A stretch of 64,000 nt of DNA from Candidatus Poribacteria bacterium. Its GTDB lineage: Bacteria; Poribacteria; WGA-4E; WGA-3G. The stretch spans positions 4,864,001 through 4,928,000 of the forward strand of contig OZ242029.1 in NCBI GenBank assembly GCA_965205015.1, written 5' to 3'. Below, one piece after another: positions 39,431-49,412 of the stretch. Each line of letters begins with the position of its first letter. Position 1 is the stretch's first letter. A program made the translations under genes and the position numbers. Under the pieces are notes generated by a model. It was given only the letters and a program-made list of their open reading frames with translations, made no database searches and had not been told where the DNA came from.

Positions 39431-40003
39431 ATGAGTCCATTTAAAGAATTTTACCAAACGGAAGTGATGCCCGCACTGCAACAACATTTTAATTATCAAA
39501 ATGTGATGCAGATTCCAAAAGTGGACAAAATTACACTGAACATCGGTGTGGGTATAGCAGTTGAGAATCCAAGTGCATTGGAAGATGCCGTGGAAGAACT
39601 GACCCTTATTGCGGGGCAACGTGCGGTGATTACCCGTGCAAAAAAATCTATCTCTGCGTTCAAAATCAGGGGTCCATCAAAGTATGGCGTTTCAGGGCGC
39701 AGTCTCGGCATGGCGATCGGATGTAAGGTTACATTGCGGCAGGAAAGAATGTATGAATTTCTCAATCGCTTAATCAACATCGTGCTCCCGCAAATTCGGG
39801 ACTTCCGCGGTATATCCCCCGACGCTTTTGACGGTCGCGGCAACTATTCCCTGGGTCTCACGGAACAGTTAATTTTCCCCGAGATTGATTACGACAAGGT
39901 TAACGATATTCGCGGACTGAATGTATCCATTGTTACGACCGCCCCAACTGACGAAGAGGGCCGCGAGTTGCTCAGACTTTTAGGTATGCCCTTCCAAAAA
40001 TAG
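39431..40003 (+). CDS. rplE: 50S ribosomal protein L5
   Basis: [37 protein letters not shown]. Confidence 0.98.
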   Translation: MSPFKEFYQTEVMPALQQHFNYQNVMQIPKVDKITLNIGVGIAVENPSALEDAVEELTLIAGQRAVITRAKKSISAFKIRGPSKYGVSGRSLGMAIGCKVTLRQERMYEFLNRLINIVLPQIRDFRGISPDAFDGRGNYSLGLTEQLIFPEIDYDKVNDIRGLNVSIVTTAPTDEEGRELLRLLGMPFQK

Positions 40004-40127
40004 GTGAGGTCTTGCGCGAAACTTGCGGAAACAGATCTCAGCGGCACCCTTTACCAGCAACTCATCTTTAACATCCGTAGGCAACACCCGTAGGTATCAC
40101 GGGTCAGCAAGAAAAGGAGTATCCAAG

Positions 40128-40313
40128 TTGGCAAGTAAATCATGGATTGCCAAACAGAAAAGAACCGCGCGGTTCCGAACCCGAGAATACAGTCGTTGTA
40201 AAAGTTGCGGGAGGTCGCGTGGGTATCTTCGCAAGTTTGAGTTGTGTCGTATCTGTTTCCGACTCTATGCGCGCGCCGGTAAAATACCGGGTGTCCGAAA
40301 GGCGAGTTGGTAA
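40128..40313 (+). CDS. rpsN: 30S ribosomal protein S14 (type Z, Zn-binding)
   Basis: TTG after AAGGAG; RCKSCGR...LCRICFR...IPGVRKASW, 61 aa. Confidence 0.96.
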   Translation: MASKSWIAKQKRTARFRTREYSRCKSCGRSRGYLRKFELCRICFRLYARAGKIPGVRKASW

Positions 40314-40399
40314 AGGACTCGAGGCGTTGTCAGACGCTATAGAAACAGGGTAGATACAACGGCTATTCAAAATCGAGAACAAAATAAGGAGAATCTTTC

Positions 40400-40801
40400 A
40401 TGTCGATGACCGATCCGATTGCTGATATGCTAACACGTATCCGCAATGCCAATATGGCAGGACATGAACGCGTCGAAATCCCCTCTTCAAAAGTTAAATC
40501 TGAGATCGCACGCATCCTGGTAGAAGAAGGTTTCGTCAGAAATTATCGTCTAATCGAAGATGGAAAACAAGGGATTTTAAGAATTTACTTGAAATACGGA
40601 AACACGAAAAAAGAGAAGGTCATCACAAACCTAAGACGTATCAGCAAACCCGGCAGGCGGGTTTACGCCAAAGCCGATAGTTTGCCACAGGTTTACGGAG
40701 GACTTGGCGTCGCTATTTTGTCAACATCCAATGGACTTAAAACGACGCCAGAATGCCGCCAGGAGAAAATCGGTGGCGAAGTTCTTTGTTACGTCTGGTA
40801 A
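40400..40801 (+). CDS. rpsH: 30S ribosomal protein S8
   Basis: [30 protein letters not shown]. Confidence 0.98.
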   Translation: MSMTDPIADMLTRIRNANMAGHERVEIPSSKVKSEIARILVEEGFVRNYRLIEDGKQGILRIYLKYGNTKKEKVITNLRRISKPGRRVYAKADSLPQVYGGLGVAILSTSNGLKTTPECRQEKIGGEVLCYVW

Positions 40802-40883
40802 CACCTTGTTGATGACCCTCAACGCAGGAAGAAAAGATGAAATGTTTACATTTTCATTTTTGTCTCCTGACGGGAGAAACAGA

Positions 40884-41453
40884 ATGTCACGTATTGGACT
40901 AAAACCGATTCCAGTGCCCGACAAGGTGCAAATCGCTTTAAACAACAGTGACGTGCAGGTAGACGGACCGAAAGGAAGTCTCAATTGGAAACTTCCAGAA
41001 GGCATCAATGTAACGCTTGAGGCAAACGTCCTAACCGTCAAAAGAAAGAGTGAACTCAAACATTACAAAGCGCTGCACGGCTTGGCGCGTAGCCTTATCG
41101 CTAATATGGTTACCGGTGTTTCAGAGGGCTTTGAGAAAAAACTACGCGTCGTCGGTACGGGTTATCGTGCTGAGGTCAATCGTGAGAACAATTTGGTTCT
41201 TGATGTTGGCTATTCGCATTCCGTTACCTACGCCCCACCTGACGGAATAACACTGAGCGTTGAAGCGCCTGAAACAATAGACGGACAGGCACATACACCT
41301 GTTATTGTCAGTGGCATTGACAAACAACTGGTCGGACAAGTGGCCGCTTCTATTCGTCAAATTAAGAAACCGGAGATTTATAAGCCTTGTAAAGGTATCC
41401 GGTATGAGGGCGAGCGGGTCCGAGATAAAGAAGGAAAAGCGGCTGTTGGCTAA
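40884..41453 (+). CDS. rplF: 50S ribosomal protein L6
   Basis: MSRIG..PI, GPKG, NMVTGVSEGF, GIDKQLVGQ, KGIRY. Confidence 0.97.
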   Translation: MSRIGLKPIPVPDKVQIALNNSDVQVDGPKGSLNWKLPEGINVTLEANVLTVKRKSELKHYKALHGLARSLIANMVTGVSEGFEKKLRVVGTGYRAEVNRENNLVLDVGYSHSVTYAPPDGITLSVEAPETIDGQAHTPVIVSGIDKQLVGQVAASIRQIKKPEIYKPCKGIRYEGERVRDKEGKAAVG

Positions 41454-41513
41454 CGTCGTTAGATTTTGCGCGTTGGCAGATAGCAAGCGTGCTTATAGTG
41501 ATAAGGAGACCCC

Positions 41514-41882
41514 TTGGTACTTACAAAAAAGAAACGGATGATCCATTTACGGCGCCGCAAGCGAGTCCGCCAAAAAATTAGCGGCACCGAGGCTAGACCG
41601 AGACTCTCCGTTTTTCGAAGTTCAAAACATATCTATGCGCAGCTCATTAATGATGAACTTGGCGTGACGGTTGCTGAAGCCTCTACTTTATCTCCCGAAC
41701 TGAGAGAAAGTCTCTCAAATAGTGGAAACGTTAAGGCAGCGGAGAGCGTTGGCGCGCTTATCGCGCAAAAAGCCAAGCAGCAGGAGATTGAGGCAGTTGT
41801 CTTTGACCGGGGCGGGCATCTCTACCATGGGCGTATAAAAGCCCTTGCCGAAGCTGCGAAAGCGGAAGGATTAAAGTTCTAA
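41514..41882 (+). CDS. rplR: 50S ribosomal protein L18
   Basis: [32 protein letters not shown]. Confidence 0.97.
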   Translation: MVLTKKKRMIHLRRRKRVRQKISGTEARPRLSVFRSSKHIYAQLINDELGVTVAEASTLSPELRESLSNSGNVKAAESVGALIAQKAKQQEIEAVVFDRGGHLYHGRIKALAEAAKAEGLKF

Positions 41883-41910
41883 TCTTTTTAACGATTAAGT
41901 TTCTGCTCAG

Positions 41911-41977
41911 GGAAACACCCAAGCAATACGCAGAAACGCCCAAGCAAAAACACCCCTCCATTACATTTCGGGTAGGT
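41911..41977. repeat. REP-like element (CCCCTCCATTACATT family)
   Basis: GAAACGCCCAAGCAAAAACACCCCTCCATTACATTTCGGG matches GAAACACCCATGCAAAAACCCCTCCATTACATTACGGGCTAC at ~62064-62105. Confidence 0.65.
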
Positions 41978-42074
41978 TTTCAGGGCTTCCTGCATTTCTT
42001 TTTAGAAATGAACAGGAATTTCACCAGAAATCCTCACGAAGCGGAGGGAGGCCCAGGAGGCCACACCTCAAAAT

Positions 42075-42587
42075 ATGCTGAAAGATAAAATCAACCCTGA
42101 TGAACATGAATTTGAGGAACGCATGATTACCATTAACCGTGTGATGCGAGTTGGTAAGGGACGACGCACGCCCAGTTTTAACTCACTCACCGTTGTTGGA
42201 AATCGTGATGGTATTGTTGGTATCGGATTTGGTAGCGCGAGCGAAGTTGCTGGCGCGCTGCGAAAAAGCTTCGCAGATGCTCGAAAAAATCTGATTCGGG
42301 TTCCAATCACCAACGGTACGCTTCCACATGAGATCATCAGCGAATTTAAATCTGCCAAAGTCTTGCTAAAACCAGCAAGCCCCGGGACAGGTATTATCGC
42401 AGGACACGCAACGCGCGCCATCCTTGAATTCGCCGGCGTTCGAGACGCCCTCACAAAATGCCTTTCCTCTCGGAATGTGAAAAATATCGCTGAAGCTACC
42501 ATGCTTGGATTAAAGAACCTCAAAGACGTTAATGAAGTCGCTCGGTTACGAGATCTACCTGTCGAAAAACTGCTCAAGGAACGCTAA
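42075..42587 (+). CDS. rpsE: 30S ribosomal protein S5
   Basis: INRV...KGRR, VVGN.DG.VG.G.G, LKPASPGTGIIAG. Confidence 0.97.
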   Translation: MLKDKINPDEHEFEERMITINRVMRVGKGRRTPSFNSLTVVGNRDGIVGIGFGSASEVAGALRKSFADARKNLIRVPITNGTLPHEIISEFKSAKVLLKPASPGTGIIAGHATRAILEFAGVRDALTKCLSSRNVKNIAEATMLGLKNLKDVNEVARLRDLPVEKLLKER

Positions 42588-42590
42588 ATT

Positions 42591-42672
42591 GGTTGTCAGT
42601 TATCAGTTAAGAGGGACGTTGGTTAAATTAGCACCCTCTTTAATGCATAACCGATAACTGAAAGCTGAAAAC
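42591..42672. repeat. Heptamer-armed intergenic element occupying the usual rpmD position
   Basis: GGTTGTCAGTTATCAGTTAAGAGGG...CCCTCTT...AACCGATAACTGAAAGCTGAAAAC. Confidence 0.7.
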
Positions 42673-42700
42673 GATTCCATAAAAAATGGAGTAAATCCTG

Positions 42701-43177
42701 ATGAAATTGAACGAACTTAAACCGGCACCGGGCGCGAACCGCTCAAGAAAACGGGTAGGCAGAGGCAACGCTTCCGGCTGGGGCGGCACTTGTGGACGTG
42801 GACACAAAGGTCAAAAATCCCGATCTGGTGCTTCAATCCCCGCATGGTTTGAAGGTGGACAGATGCCACTCGTTCGACGGCTCCCCAAGCGAGGACCGCG
42901 GCGCACCGGACACAAACGATTGGAATACAACGTCATCAACGTCGAAACCCTCAACGCTTTTGAAGATGCCGCAGTTGTCAATCCTGAAGTCCTTCGCGAA
43001 GCAGGCATCATCAAACGGAAAAACGCTCTGATAAAGATACTCGGCGACGGTGAACTCGAAAAACAGTTGAAAGTCCAAGCACATCGCTTCTCAAAATCTG
43101 CGATCCAGAAGATTGAATCCAAAGGCGGCACAACCGAGGTCCTCGGGATGCATGCGAACACAAACGATCCTGCTTAA
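42701..43177 (+). CDS. rplO: 50S ribosomal protein L15
   Basis: RVGRG..SG.G.T.GRGHKGQKSR, FEGGQMPL.RRLPKRG, KILGDG. Confidence 0.98.
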   Translation: MKLNELKPAPGANRSRKRVGRGNASGWGGTCGRGHKGQKSRSGASIPAWFEGGQMPLVRRLPKRGPRRTGHKRLEYNVINVETLNAFEDAAVVNPEVLREAGIIKRKNALIKILGDGELEKQLKVQAHRFSKSAIQKIESKGGTTEVLGMHANTNDPA

Positions 43178-43226
43178 GCATCGTAGGGGCTGGGGTACCC
43201 AGCCCGTACAGGAGGAAAAAAAATAA

Positions 43227-44558
43227 GTGATTAAGGCAGTTCAAAACGCTTTTAAAATACCCGAATTGCGGAAGCGCATCATTTTTACAGCGTTGCTCTT
43301 GATTGTTTACCGCCTTGGCGCGCACATCACACTTCCGGGTATTGACGACCAAGCACTCGAAGCTTTTTTCCAGCAACTCATGGAGCGTGGTGGGAATGTC
43401 ATTGGATTCATTGACCTGTTCTCCGGTGGCGCGTTTAGTCAGATGACTATTTTCGCGCTCGGCATACAACCGTATATTAGTGCCTCAATCATTATGCAGC
43501 TCCTCGCCGTCATTGTGCCTTCATTGGAGAAACTCTCCAAAGAACCTGACGGGCGGAAGAAAATTACACAGTATACCCGATACGGAACGGTTGTCCTGAG
43601 TATCATTCAGGGGATAACAATTAGCATCGTCCTGCGGAACCCAGAAAACATAACCGGACAAGCAGGCGAAATCGTGAGAAACCCGAACCTCTGGTGGCAT
43701 TTCCTTGTCGTTATCACACTCACCGCCGGTACCTCTTTTGTGATGTGGTTGGGTGAACAAATCACGGAGCGCGGTATTGGACAAGGTATCTCATTAATTA
43801 TTACAGTCGGTATCATTGCGGGATTGCCCGGTGGTGTCACAACCGTTTTCAACAACCTTGTGACGAGACCAGAATTCGGAATTTTGCAACTTGCGCTTTT
43901 AGTCGCTCTTGTGGTTGTAGCGGTTATGGGGACTGTGTTTATCACGCTTTCTGTTCGGAAGATCCCGGTGCAATACGGTAGGCAGATTCGCGGACGAAGA
44001 GTCATTGGTGGGCAATCCACACATCTGCCGCTCCGTGTTAATGCCGCTGGCATGATTCCGATCATCTTCGCCGTGACGCTGATCCAGTTCCCACCGACTG
44101 TGCTCGGCTTTCTCCCACGCGACTGGGGATGGGTAATGGGTGTAGAAACACTGATCGCTCCGGGAACACCGTTGTATCTCACCGTTTACGGCTTATTAAT
44201 TATTGGTTTCACCTATTTCTACACAGCTGTGCAAATCAATCCAATCCAGATGGCAGAGGACTTACAGAAATATGGCGGTTTTATTCCGGGTATACGCGCA
44301 GGTAAACAGACCGCAGATTATATCAACACTACGCTTACACGCATCACACTGCCAGGGGCAGTATTCCTCGCTGCTATTGCTGTGATTCCGATTATTATTA
44401 CAAGCCAACTTCAGGTTGGAAACATGGTCGAAGGTGCTTCTATCTTGATCGTTGTTGGTGTCGTATTAGACACAATGTCACAAATCGAATCCTATTTAAC
44501 GGTCCGCCATTACGAAGGATTCTTGAAAGATCGAAAACTCAAAGGCAGACGGCGTTAA
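43227..44558 (+). CDS. secY: Preprotein translocase subunit SecY
   Basis: [43 protein letters not shown]. Confidence 0.98.
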   Translation: MIKAVQNAFKIPELRKRIIFTALLLIVYRLGAHITLPGIDDQALEAFFQQLMERGGNVIGFIDLFSGGAFSQMTIFALGIQPYISASIIMQLLAVIVPSLEKLSKEPDGRKKITQYTRYGTVVLSIIQGITISIVLRNPENITGQAGEIVRNPNLWWHFLVVITLTAGTSFVMWLGEQITERGIGQGISLIITVGIIAGLPGGVTTVFNNLVTRPEFGILQLALLVALVVVAVMGTVFITLSVRKIPVQYGRQIRGRRVIGGQSTHLPLRVNAAGMIPIIFAVTLIQFPPTVLGFLPRDWGWVMGVETLIAPGTPLYLTVYGLLIIGFTYFYTAVQINPIQMAEDLQKYGGFIPGIRAGKQTADYINTTLTRITLPGAVFLAAIAVIPIIITSQLQVGNMVEGASILIVVGVVLDTMSQIESYLTVRHYEGFLKDRKLKGRRR

Positions 44559-44583
44559 GCACTTTTACCTGAAAGAGGACATT

Positions 44584-44700
44584 ATGAAAGTCAGACCTTC
44601 TGTTAAAAAGATGTGTAACCAGTGTAAAATTATTAAACGAAAAGGGATAATCCGCGTCATTTGTCCTTCAAACCCGAAGCACAAACAACGCCAAGGCTAA
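44584..44700 (+). CDS. rpmJ: 50S ribosomal protein L36
   Basis: Below the ORF-track cutoff. Manual translation: [38 protein letters not shown]. Confidence 0.97.
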   Translation: MKVRPSVKKMCNQCKIIKRKGIIRVICPSNPKHKQRQG

Positions 44701-44715
44701 AAGAGGAGAAAACCC

Positions 44716-45108
44716 ATGGCAAGGATCGCAGGGGTTGACTTACCCCGGAACAAACGGGTGGATATTGCCTTAACGGCAATCTATGGCATCGGTCGTTACA
44801 CCGCAGTGCAAATTGTCACCGATCTGGATATTGATCCCGGAACAAAAGTTGACAACCTCGCCGAAAATGAGGTCGGTCAACTCCGAGACAAGGTTCAAGA
44901 ATATAAAATTGAAGGGGATTTGCGCCGTGAAGTCGATCAGAATATTAAACGGCTGATGGACATTAACAGTTATCGTGGTCTGCGACACCGTCGGCAGTTG
45001 CCTGTCCGTGGTCAGCGCACGAATACGAACGCGCGCACCCGTAAAGGCAAGGCACGCACCATCTCCGTCGGTAGAAAAGCCAAAGAGGCAGCACGTAAGG
45101 GCGGTTAG
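44716..45108 (+). CDS. rpsM: 30S ribosomal protein S13
   Basis: [32 protein letters not shown]. Confidence 0.98.
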   Translation: MARIAGVDLPRNKRVDIALTAIYGIGRYTAVQIVTDLDIDPGTKVDNLAENEVGQLRDKVQEYKIEGDLRREVDQNIKRLMDINSYRGLRHRRQLPVRGQRTNTNARTRKGKARTISVGRKAKEAARKGG

Positions 45109-45140
45109 GGTTAAGAGCCAATAAAGAAAGGAGAACCATT

Positions 45141-45512
45141 TTGCGTGGAAGAAGACGAGAACGCAAGAACGTTCCTGAAGGTATCGCACATATACAAGCG
45201 ACCTTCAACAACACAATCATTACGATCACAGACTTAAACGGAAACACTGTTGCGTGGGCGAACGCTGGAATGACCTTCACAGGTTCCCGGAAGTCAACCC
45301 CTTTTGCTGCACAACAAACAGCGGAAGCCTGCGCCCGCAGAGCAATGGATCACGGCATGAAACGCGTGGAGGTGAGAGTCAAGGGACCTGGATCCGGAAG
45401 AGAGTCTTCTATACGAGCACTCGCTGCAGCCGGACTCGAAATTACCTTAATGAAGGATGTGACGCCTATCCCCCACAATGGATGTCGTCCGCCGAAGAGG
45501 CGACGGGTTTAA
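45141..45512 (+). CDS. rpsK: 30S ribosomal protein S11
   Basis: [33 protein letters not shown]. Confidence 0.98.
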   Translation: MRGRRRERKNVPEGIAHIQATFNNTIITITDLNGNTVAWANAGMTFTGSRKSTPFAAQQTAEACARRAMDHGMKRVEVRVKGPGSGRESSIRALAAAGLEITLMKDVTPIPHNGCRPPKRRRV

Positions 45513-45588
45513 GTTGACCCGCCACTCGACTCCGATACAAGCCTTAAAAGCGCGAGTTGAGGACCCAATTCACACACAAGGAGAGGGA

Positions 45589-46224
45589 ATGAGTAGATAC
45601 TTAGATTCAGTCTGTAAATTATGCCGACGGGAAGGTGAAAAACTCTTTCTGAAAGGGCGTCGATGCAACGGACCGAAATGTTCTTTTGAGCGCCGCAGTT
45701 ACCCACCTGGCGAACACGGTCAGACCCCGCCACGCAGAAGTCGCGCGGACAATTTCCGACGACAGTTGCGCGCAAAACAGAAAGTCAAACGCACGTACGG
45801 TGTTTTTGAGAAACAATTCCGGAACTATTACTTCAAAGCAGCGCGTCAAACAGGGATCGCTGGTGAGAATCTAATTAGTTTCCTTGAACGCAGGTTAGAC
45901 AATGTCGTTTATCGACTCGGGTTCGCAACTTCCCGAAATCAGGCGCGTCAACTCGTGAAGCACAACCACTTCACAGTCAATGGCAAACGGGTTAATATCC
46001 CCTCATATATCGTGAAAGTTGGCGATGTCATCACGCCTCGCGAGCGGAGCCGGAACCTTGCGACCATCCAAGAGGCATTAGAGTACTCACAGCATCGCGG
46101 CGCACCTGAATGGCTGGAAATTGATACGGACAGAGTAGAAGGGCGTGTTCAAGGAGCTCCTATAGTAGAGCAAATCGCCATCGATCTTGAAACACAACTC
46201 ATCATTGAACTTTACTCCCGATAG
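45589..46224 (+). CDS. rpsD: 30S ribosomal protein S4
   Basis: CKLCRREG.KLFLKG, PPGEHG, LERRLDNVVYRLG, IIELYSR. Confidence 0.98.
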   Translation: MSRYLDSVCKLCRREGEKLFLKGRRCNGPKCSFERRSYPPGEHGQTPPRRSRADNFRRQLRAKQKVKRTYGVFEKQFRNYYFKAARQTGIAGENLISFLERRLDNVVYRLGFATSRNQARQLVKHNHFTVNGKRVNIPSYIVKVGDVITPRERSRNLATIQEALEYSQHRGAPEWLEIDTDRVEGRVQGAPIVEQIAIDLETQLIIELYSR

Positions 46225-46305
46225 ACACATCCATATACCTGTGGGGTATCGCATACCGAGTGTCTTATTAACATACACACGATGCTATAGCAGACCTACA
46301 TAATA

Positions 46306-46418
46306 ACTATCGGCTATCGGTCTTCGACTTTCGGCTGTTAGTCAAGCATTGTGGCGGTGGAAACGATTTAAGCACTCCACACCCTACTAATGACTGATCG
46401 CTGACGGCTGACCGCTAT
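46306..46418. repeat. Heptamer-armed intergenic element
   Basis: CTATCGGCTATCGG...GACTGATCGCTGACGGCTGACCGCT. Confidence 0.6.
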
Positions 46419-46436
46419 CCCAATAGGAGGAAATCG

Positions 46437-47456
46437 ATGATAAGGTCCGAGCTGGAAAGACCTGATCGGTTGAAAACTGACACAGCCACCTTACGGCCCA
46501 ATTACGCAAAGTATACCGCTGAACCCCTTGAGCCCGGATTCGGAACAACCCTCGGCATTTCGCTCCGCCGAGTCCTCCTTTCCTCAATTAAAGGTGCGGC
46601 GATTACAGCCGTTCAAATTGAGCAAGTAAAGCATGAATACGCTACGATTCCGGGAGTCGTGGAAGATGTCGTACAGATTATTCTCAACCTCAAAGAGATC
46701 CGGCTAAATATCGCAACCGACAAAGAGATCCGACTCACATTGAAAGCGGAAGGATCCGGCGAAGTTACAGCCGCCGACATTCGTTCCAACTCGCTCGTTG
46801 AGATTATAAACCCTGACCGGCATATCGCGACGCTTTATGAATGCGAAGGATTAGACATAGAAATTCGTGCACAAACAGGCAGAGGCTATTCCCTCGCCGA
46901 AGACCACAGAGAGGTAGGACACGACATCGGATTGATTCCAGTTGACGCGAAATTCTCACCCGTTGAGAAAGTGAACTTCTGGATAGAAGAAACACGCGTC
47001 GAGGATATGACTAATTTTGATAAACTTAACCTCGAAGTCTGGACGGATGCGACCATCACGGCAAAGGAAGCTGTCACACGCGCTGCCAACATTCTGCTGG
47101 AACAGCTTGAAATCTTCACAGAATTCGATGAAACTTACGTTGAACCGGAACCTGAGATTGATGAGGCAAAACTCCGGCGTAAGCGATACCTCGCCAAGCC
47201 TGTCTCTGAACTTGAGCTCTCGGTCCGAGCCAGTAACTGTCTCGAAACGGCAAACATCAAAACCATACGAGAACTCGTCACAAAAGAGGAAAAGGACATG
47301 TTGGAATATAAGAACTTTGGGCGGACATCGCTCAATGAAATTAAGGAGCAACTCGCCAACATGGGACTTTCTCTGGGAATGAAATTGGACGATTTAGACG
47401 ACGCGGATATCAGCGAAGAAGATATGGCGCAAGTACCTTTGCAACCCCCTGTGTAA
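46437..47456 (+). CDS. rpoA: RNA polymerase subunit alpha
   Basis: EPLE.GFG.TLG..LRRVLLSS, GVVEDV..IILNLK, ELSVRASNCL, KNFG..S. Confidence 0.98.
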   Translation: MIRSELERPDRLKTDTATLRPNYAKYTAEPLEPGFGTTLGISLRRVLLSSIKGAAITAVQIEQVKHEYATIPGVVEDVVQIILNLKEIRLNIATDKEIRLTLKAEGSGEVTAADIRSNSLVEIINPDRHIATLYECEGLDIEIRAQTGRGYSLAEDHREVGHDIGLIPVDAKFSPVEKVNFWIEETRVEDMTNFDKLNLEVWTDATITAKEAVTRAANILLEQLEIFTEFDETYVEPEPEIDEAKLRRKRYLAKPVSELELSVRASNCLETANIKTIRELVTKEEKDMLEYKNFGRTSLNEIKEQLANMGLSLGMKLDDLDDADISEEDMAQVPLQPPV

Positions 47457-47489
47457 TTCTTCACGACAACGCGTAAATGGAGGAAGACG

Positions 47490-47894
47490 ATGCGTCACAG
47501 AAAACGCGGACGGAAATTGGGACGAACGACAAGCCATCGAAAAGCCCTTTTCCGCAACCAAGCCACGGCGCTATTTGAACACGAACAAATTCGGACGACA
47601 CTCCCAAAGTGTAAAGAACTTCGGCGTGTCGCTGAAAAGTTGATTACGCTCGCCAAACGCGGCGGCTTACCCGCACGCCGACAAGCCGCAAAAATGCTCT
47701 ATGGGACGAATCTGCATTACACACCCAGAAGAGGAGAAGAGATGGGAGACCTCGACAAACACGCTATTCTACGCAAACTGTTCGATGACATCGGACCCCG
47801 GTATCAAGATCGAAGCGGTGGATATACACGCGTCATACGAGGTGAACGCCGAAAAGGTGACGGCGCACAGATGGGGTACATTCAACTGGTTTAA
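47490..47894 (+). CDS. rplQ: 50S ribosomal protein L17
   Basis: MRHRK..RKLGR, EKLITLAK, GGYTR, R.GDGA. Confidence 0.98.
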   Translation: MRHRKRGRKLGRTTSHRKALFRNQATALFEHEQIRTTLPKCKELRRVAEKLITLAKRGGLPARRQAAKMLYGTNLHYTPRRGEEMGDLDKHAILRKLFDDIGPRYQDRSGGYTRVIRGERRKGDGAQMGYIQLV

Positions 47895-47895
47895 T

Positions 47896-48035
47896 GGTTG
47901 TCAGTTGTCAGTTGTCAGTTGTCAGTTAAGACCTTGTGGTTATTATAGTTCGCTTTGCTGCTACAAGCAACCGCTTTAACCGAAAACTGAAAGGATTTTG
48001 GACGAAGTCCAAAATCCGACTGATCGCTGACAACT
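47896..48035. repeat. Heptamer-armed palindromic element between convergent genes
   Basis: (GTTGTCA)x4 arm ... AACCGAAAACTGAAA, inner hairpin GGATTTTGGAC-GAA-GTCCAAAATCC, ...GCTGACAAC. Confidence 0.8.
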
Positions 48036-48036
48036 C

Positions 48037-49317
48037 TTAGAACCGATATGCAGCTGATACAAACACTCGATGTGTATGCCTCTCTGTGGTCAATTCATTC
48101 CTGCTCCGCTGCCACGTTCCCAACATATATCCCACATCAAATTTCAGCGAATCTCCAAAGATTTTCCCTATACCGCCCGTTAAGAAATCGCGTGCGTTGT
48201 TAACCTCAGCATCGGTGAACGGAATTGTATCCCGAAAATAACCGAAACGGACATAGGTATCGATAGTGGATAGCCTATATTCCAGACCAAGCCGTGCCTG
48301 AAGCGTTATGGCGTAGAACTCCTCAAAATTATCCTGTGAAATGTCCTCCGCTGGCGCCGGATCATAGCGAGTTTGCCTCCAATCCGTGAGTTGGACATCA
48401 CCTGCCAAGACCAAATCATCGTTAAATAATTTGACAGCAATTCCCGTTCCAATTTCAAAGGGTCTGTCAATATCAAACGCTTGCATCCCGCTTTCAGAAT
48501 CCGACAGTTCTTCTCCGTCATCATAAACCGCCTGAGTCGATTGATACCAGCGTTCATCAACCCCCAATTCAACGGGTGTGACCAGGGTTAATCCGACGCT
48601 GACAGCATCCGTCAGATGCGCCAGAAGCCCTATCCGAGCACCCAAACCTGAGTACTCCCTGTCAATTTCGTCATCGTATCTGAAGCGCGACAACTCACTA
48701 TCCACCTTCAACAGATCTGTCGCTGTGGTATCCAACTCATTGAGACTGTTCCCTTGCCAGAAGTCCAACGCCCCCCCAAGAAGCACGCGTTTTGAAATGT
48801 ACACGCTCGTACCGAAACTCCAAATTCCAATGCCACCACTGTTGACATCCGTCTCATCAACAGCCAATCCACTGAATTCAGTGCCTGAACTCGGATCAAC
48901 CCCCTGAATCGCAGTCTGATAGTCGAAATTCTGTGGACGGTTGTAGCCGAAAGCGATTGCCCAACCGCCTCGCCGCGCATGGAATGGATAAACAAACCCG
49001 AGCGAATTCGGACGCATCTGTGAGCGGGTCGTCCCCGTAATCTCATCACCGGAGAAATACGCCTCCGTACTCGCCGTGTTATGGGAAAAACTACTAAACA
49101 GTTCAAACTTTTGGATCTGCGCCATTCCTGCCGGATTCCAATAGAGCGCGGTGAAATCATCCGCAAGTGCAAGCGAGGCACCGCCCATTCCCATCGTCCG
49201 AGCCCCAATACCGAACGTATTTCCGATCGCCATCTCTTCTACTTGCGCTGTGCTGACAGTCGCAAAAACAGTCATACTCAATAAACCGATAAATGTTATA
49301 TACATTGCTGGTTTCAT
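48037..49317 (-). CDS. FadL/OmpP1-family outer-membrane beta-barrel protein
   Basis: Signal peptide; GARTMGMGGA..A.ADD.TALYWNPAG motif; C-terminal aromatic end (AYRF). Confidence 0.85.
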   Translation of the reverse strand: MKPAMYITFIGLLSMTVFATVSTAQVEEMAIGNTFGIGARTMGMGGASLALADDFTALYWNPAGMAQIQKFELFSSFSHNTASTEAYFSGDEITGTTRSQMRPNSLGFVYPFHARRGGWAIAFGYNRPQNFDYQTAIQGVDPSSGTEFSGLAVDETDVNSGGIGIWSFGTSVYISKRVLLGGALDFWQGNSLNELDTTATDLLKVDSELSRFRYDDEIDREYSGLGARIGLLAHLTDAVSVGLTLVTPVELGVDERWYQSTQAVYDDGEELSDSESGMQAFDIDRPFEIGTGIAVKLFNDDLVLAGDVQLTDWRQTRYDPAPAEDISQDNFEEFYAITLQARLGLEYRLSTIDTYVRFGYFRDTIPFTDAEVNNARDFLTGGIGKIFGDSLKFDVGYMLGTWQRSRNELTTERHTHRVFVSAAYRF

Positions 49318-49412
49318 CGTTCCATTTCCTCCGTTCTATTTGTAGGAAGGGTTGTAACCCCGGCTTTACCGTTCTTATGGGAAGGGGTTTCTAACCCCGA
49401 CTGACCCCATTT

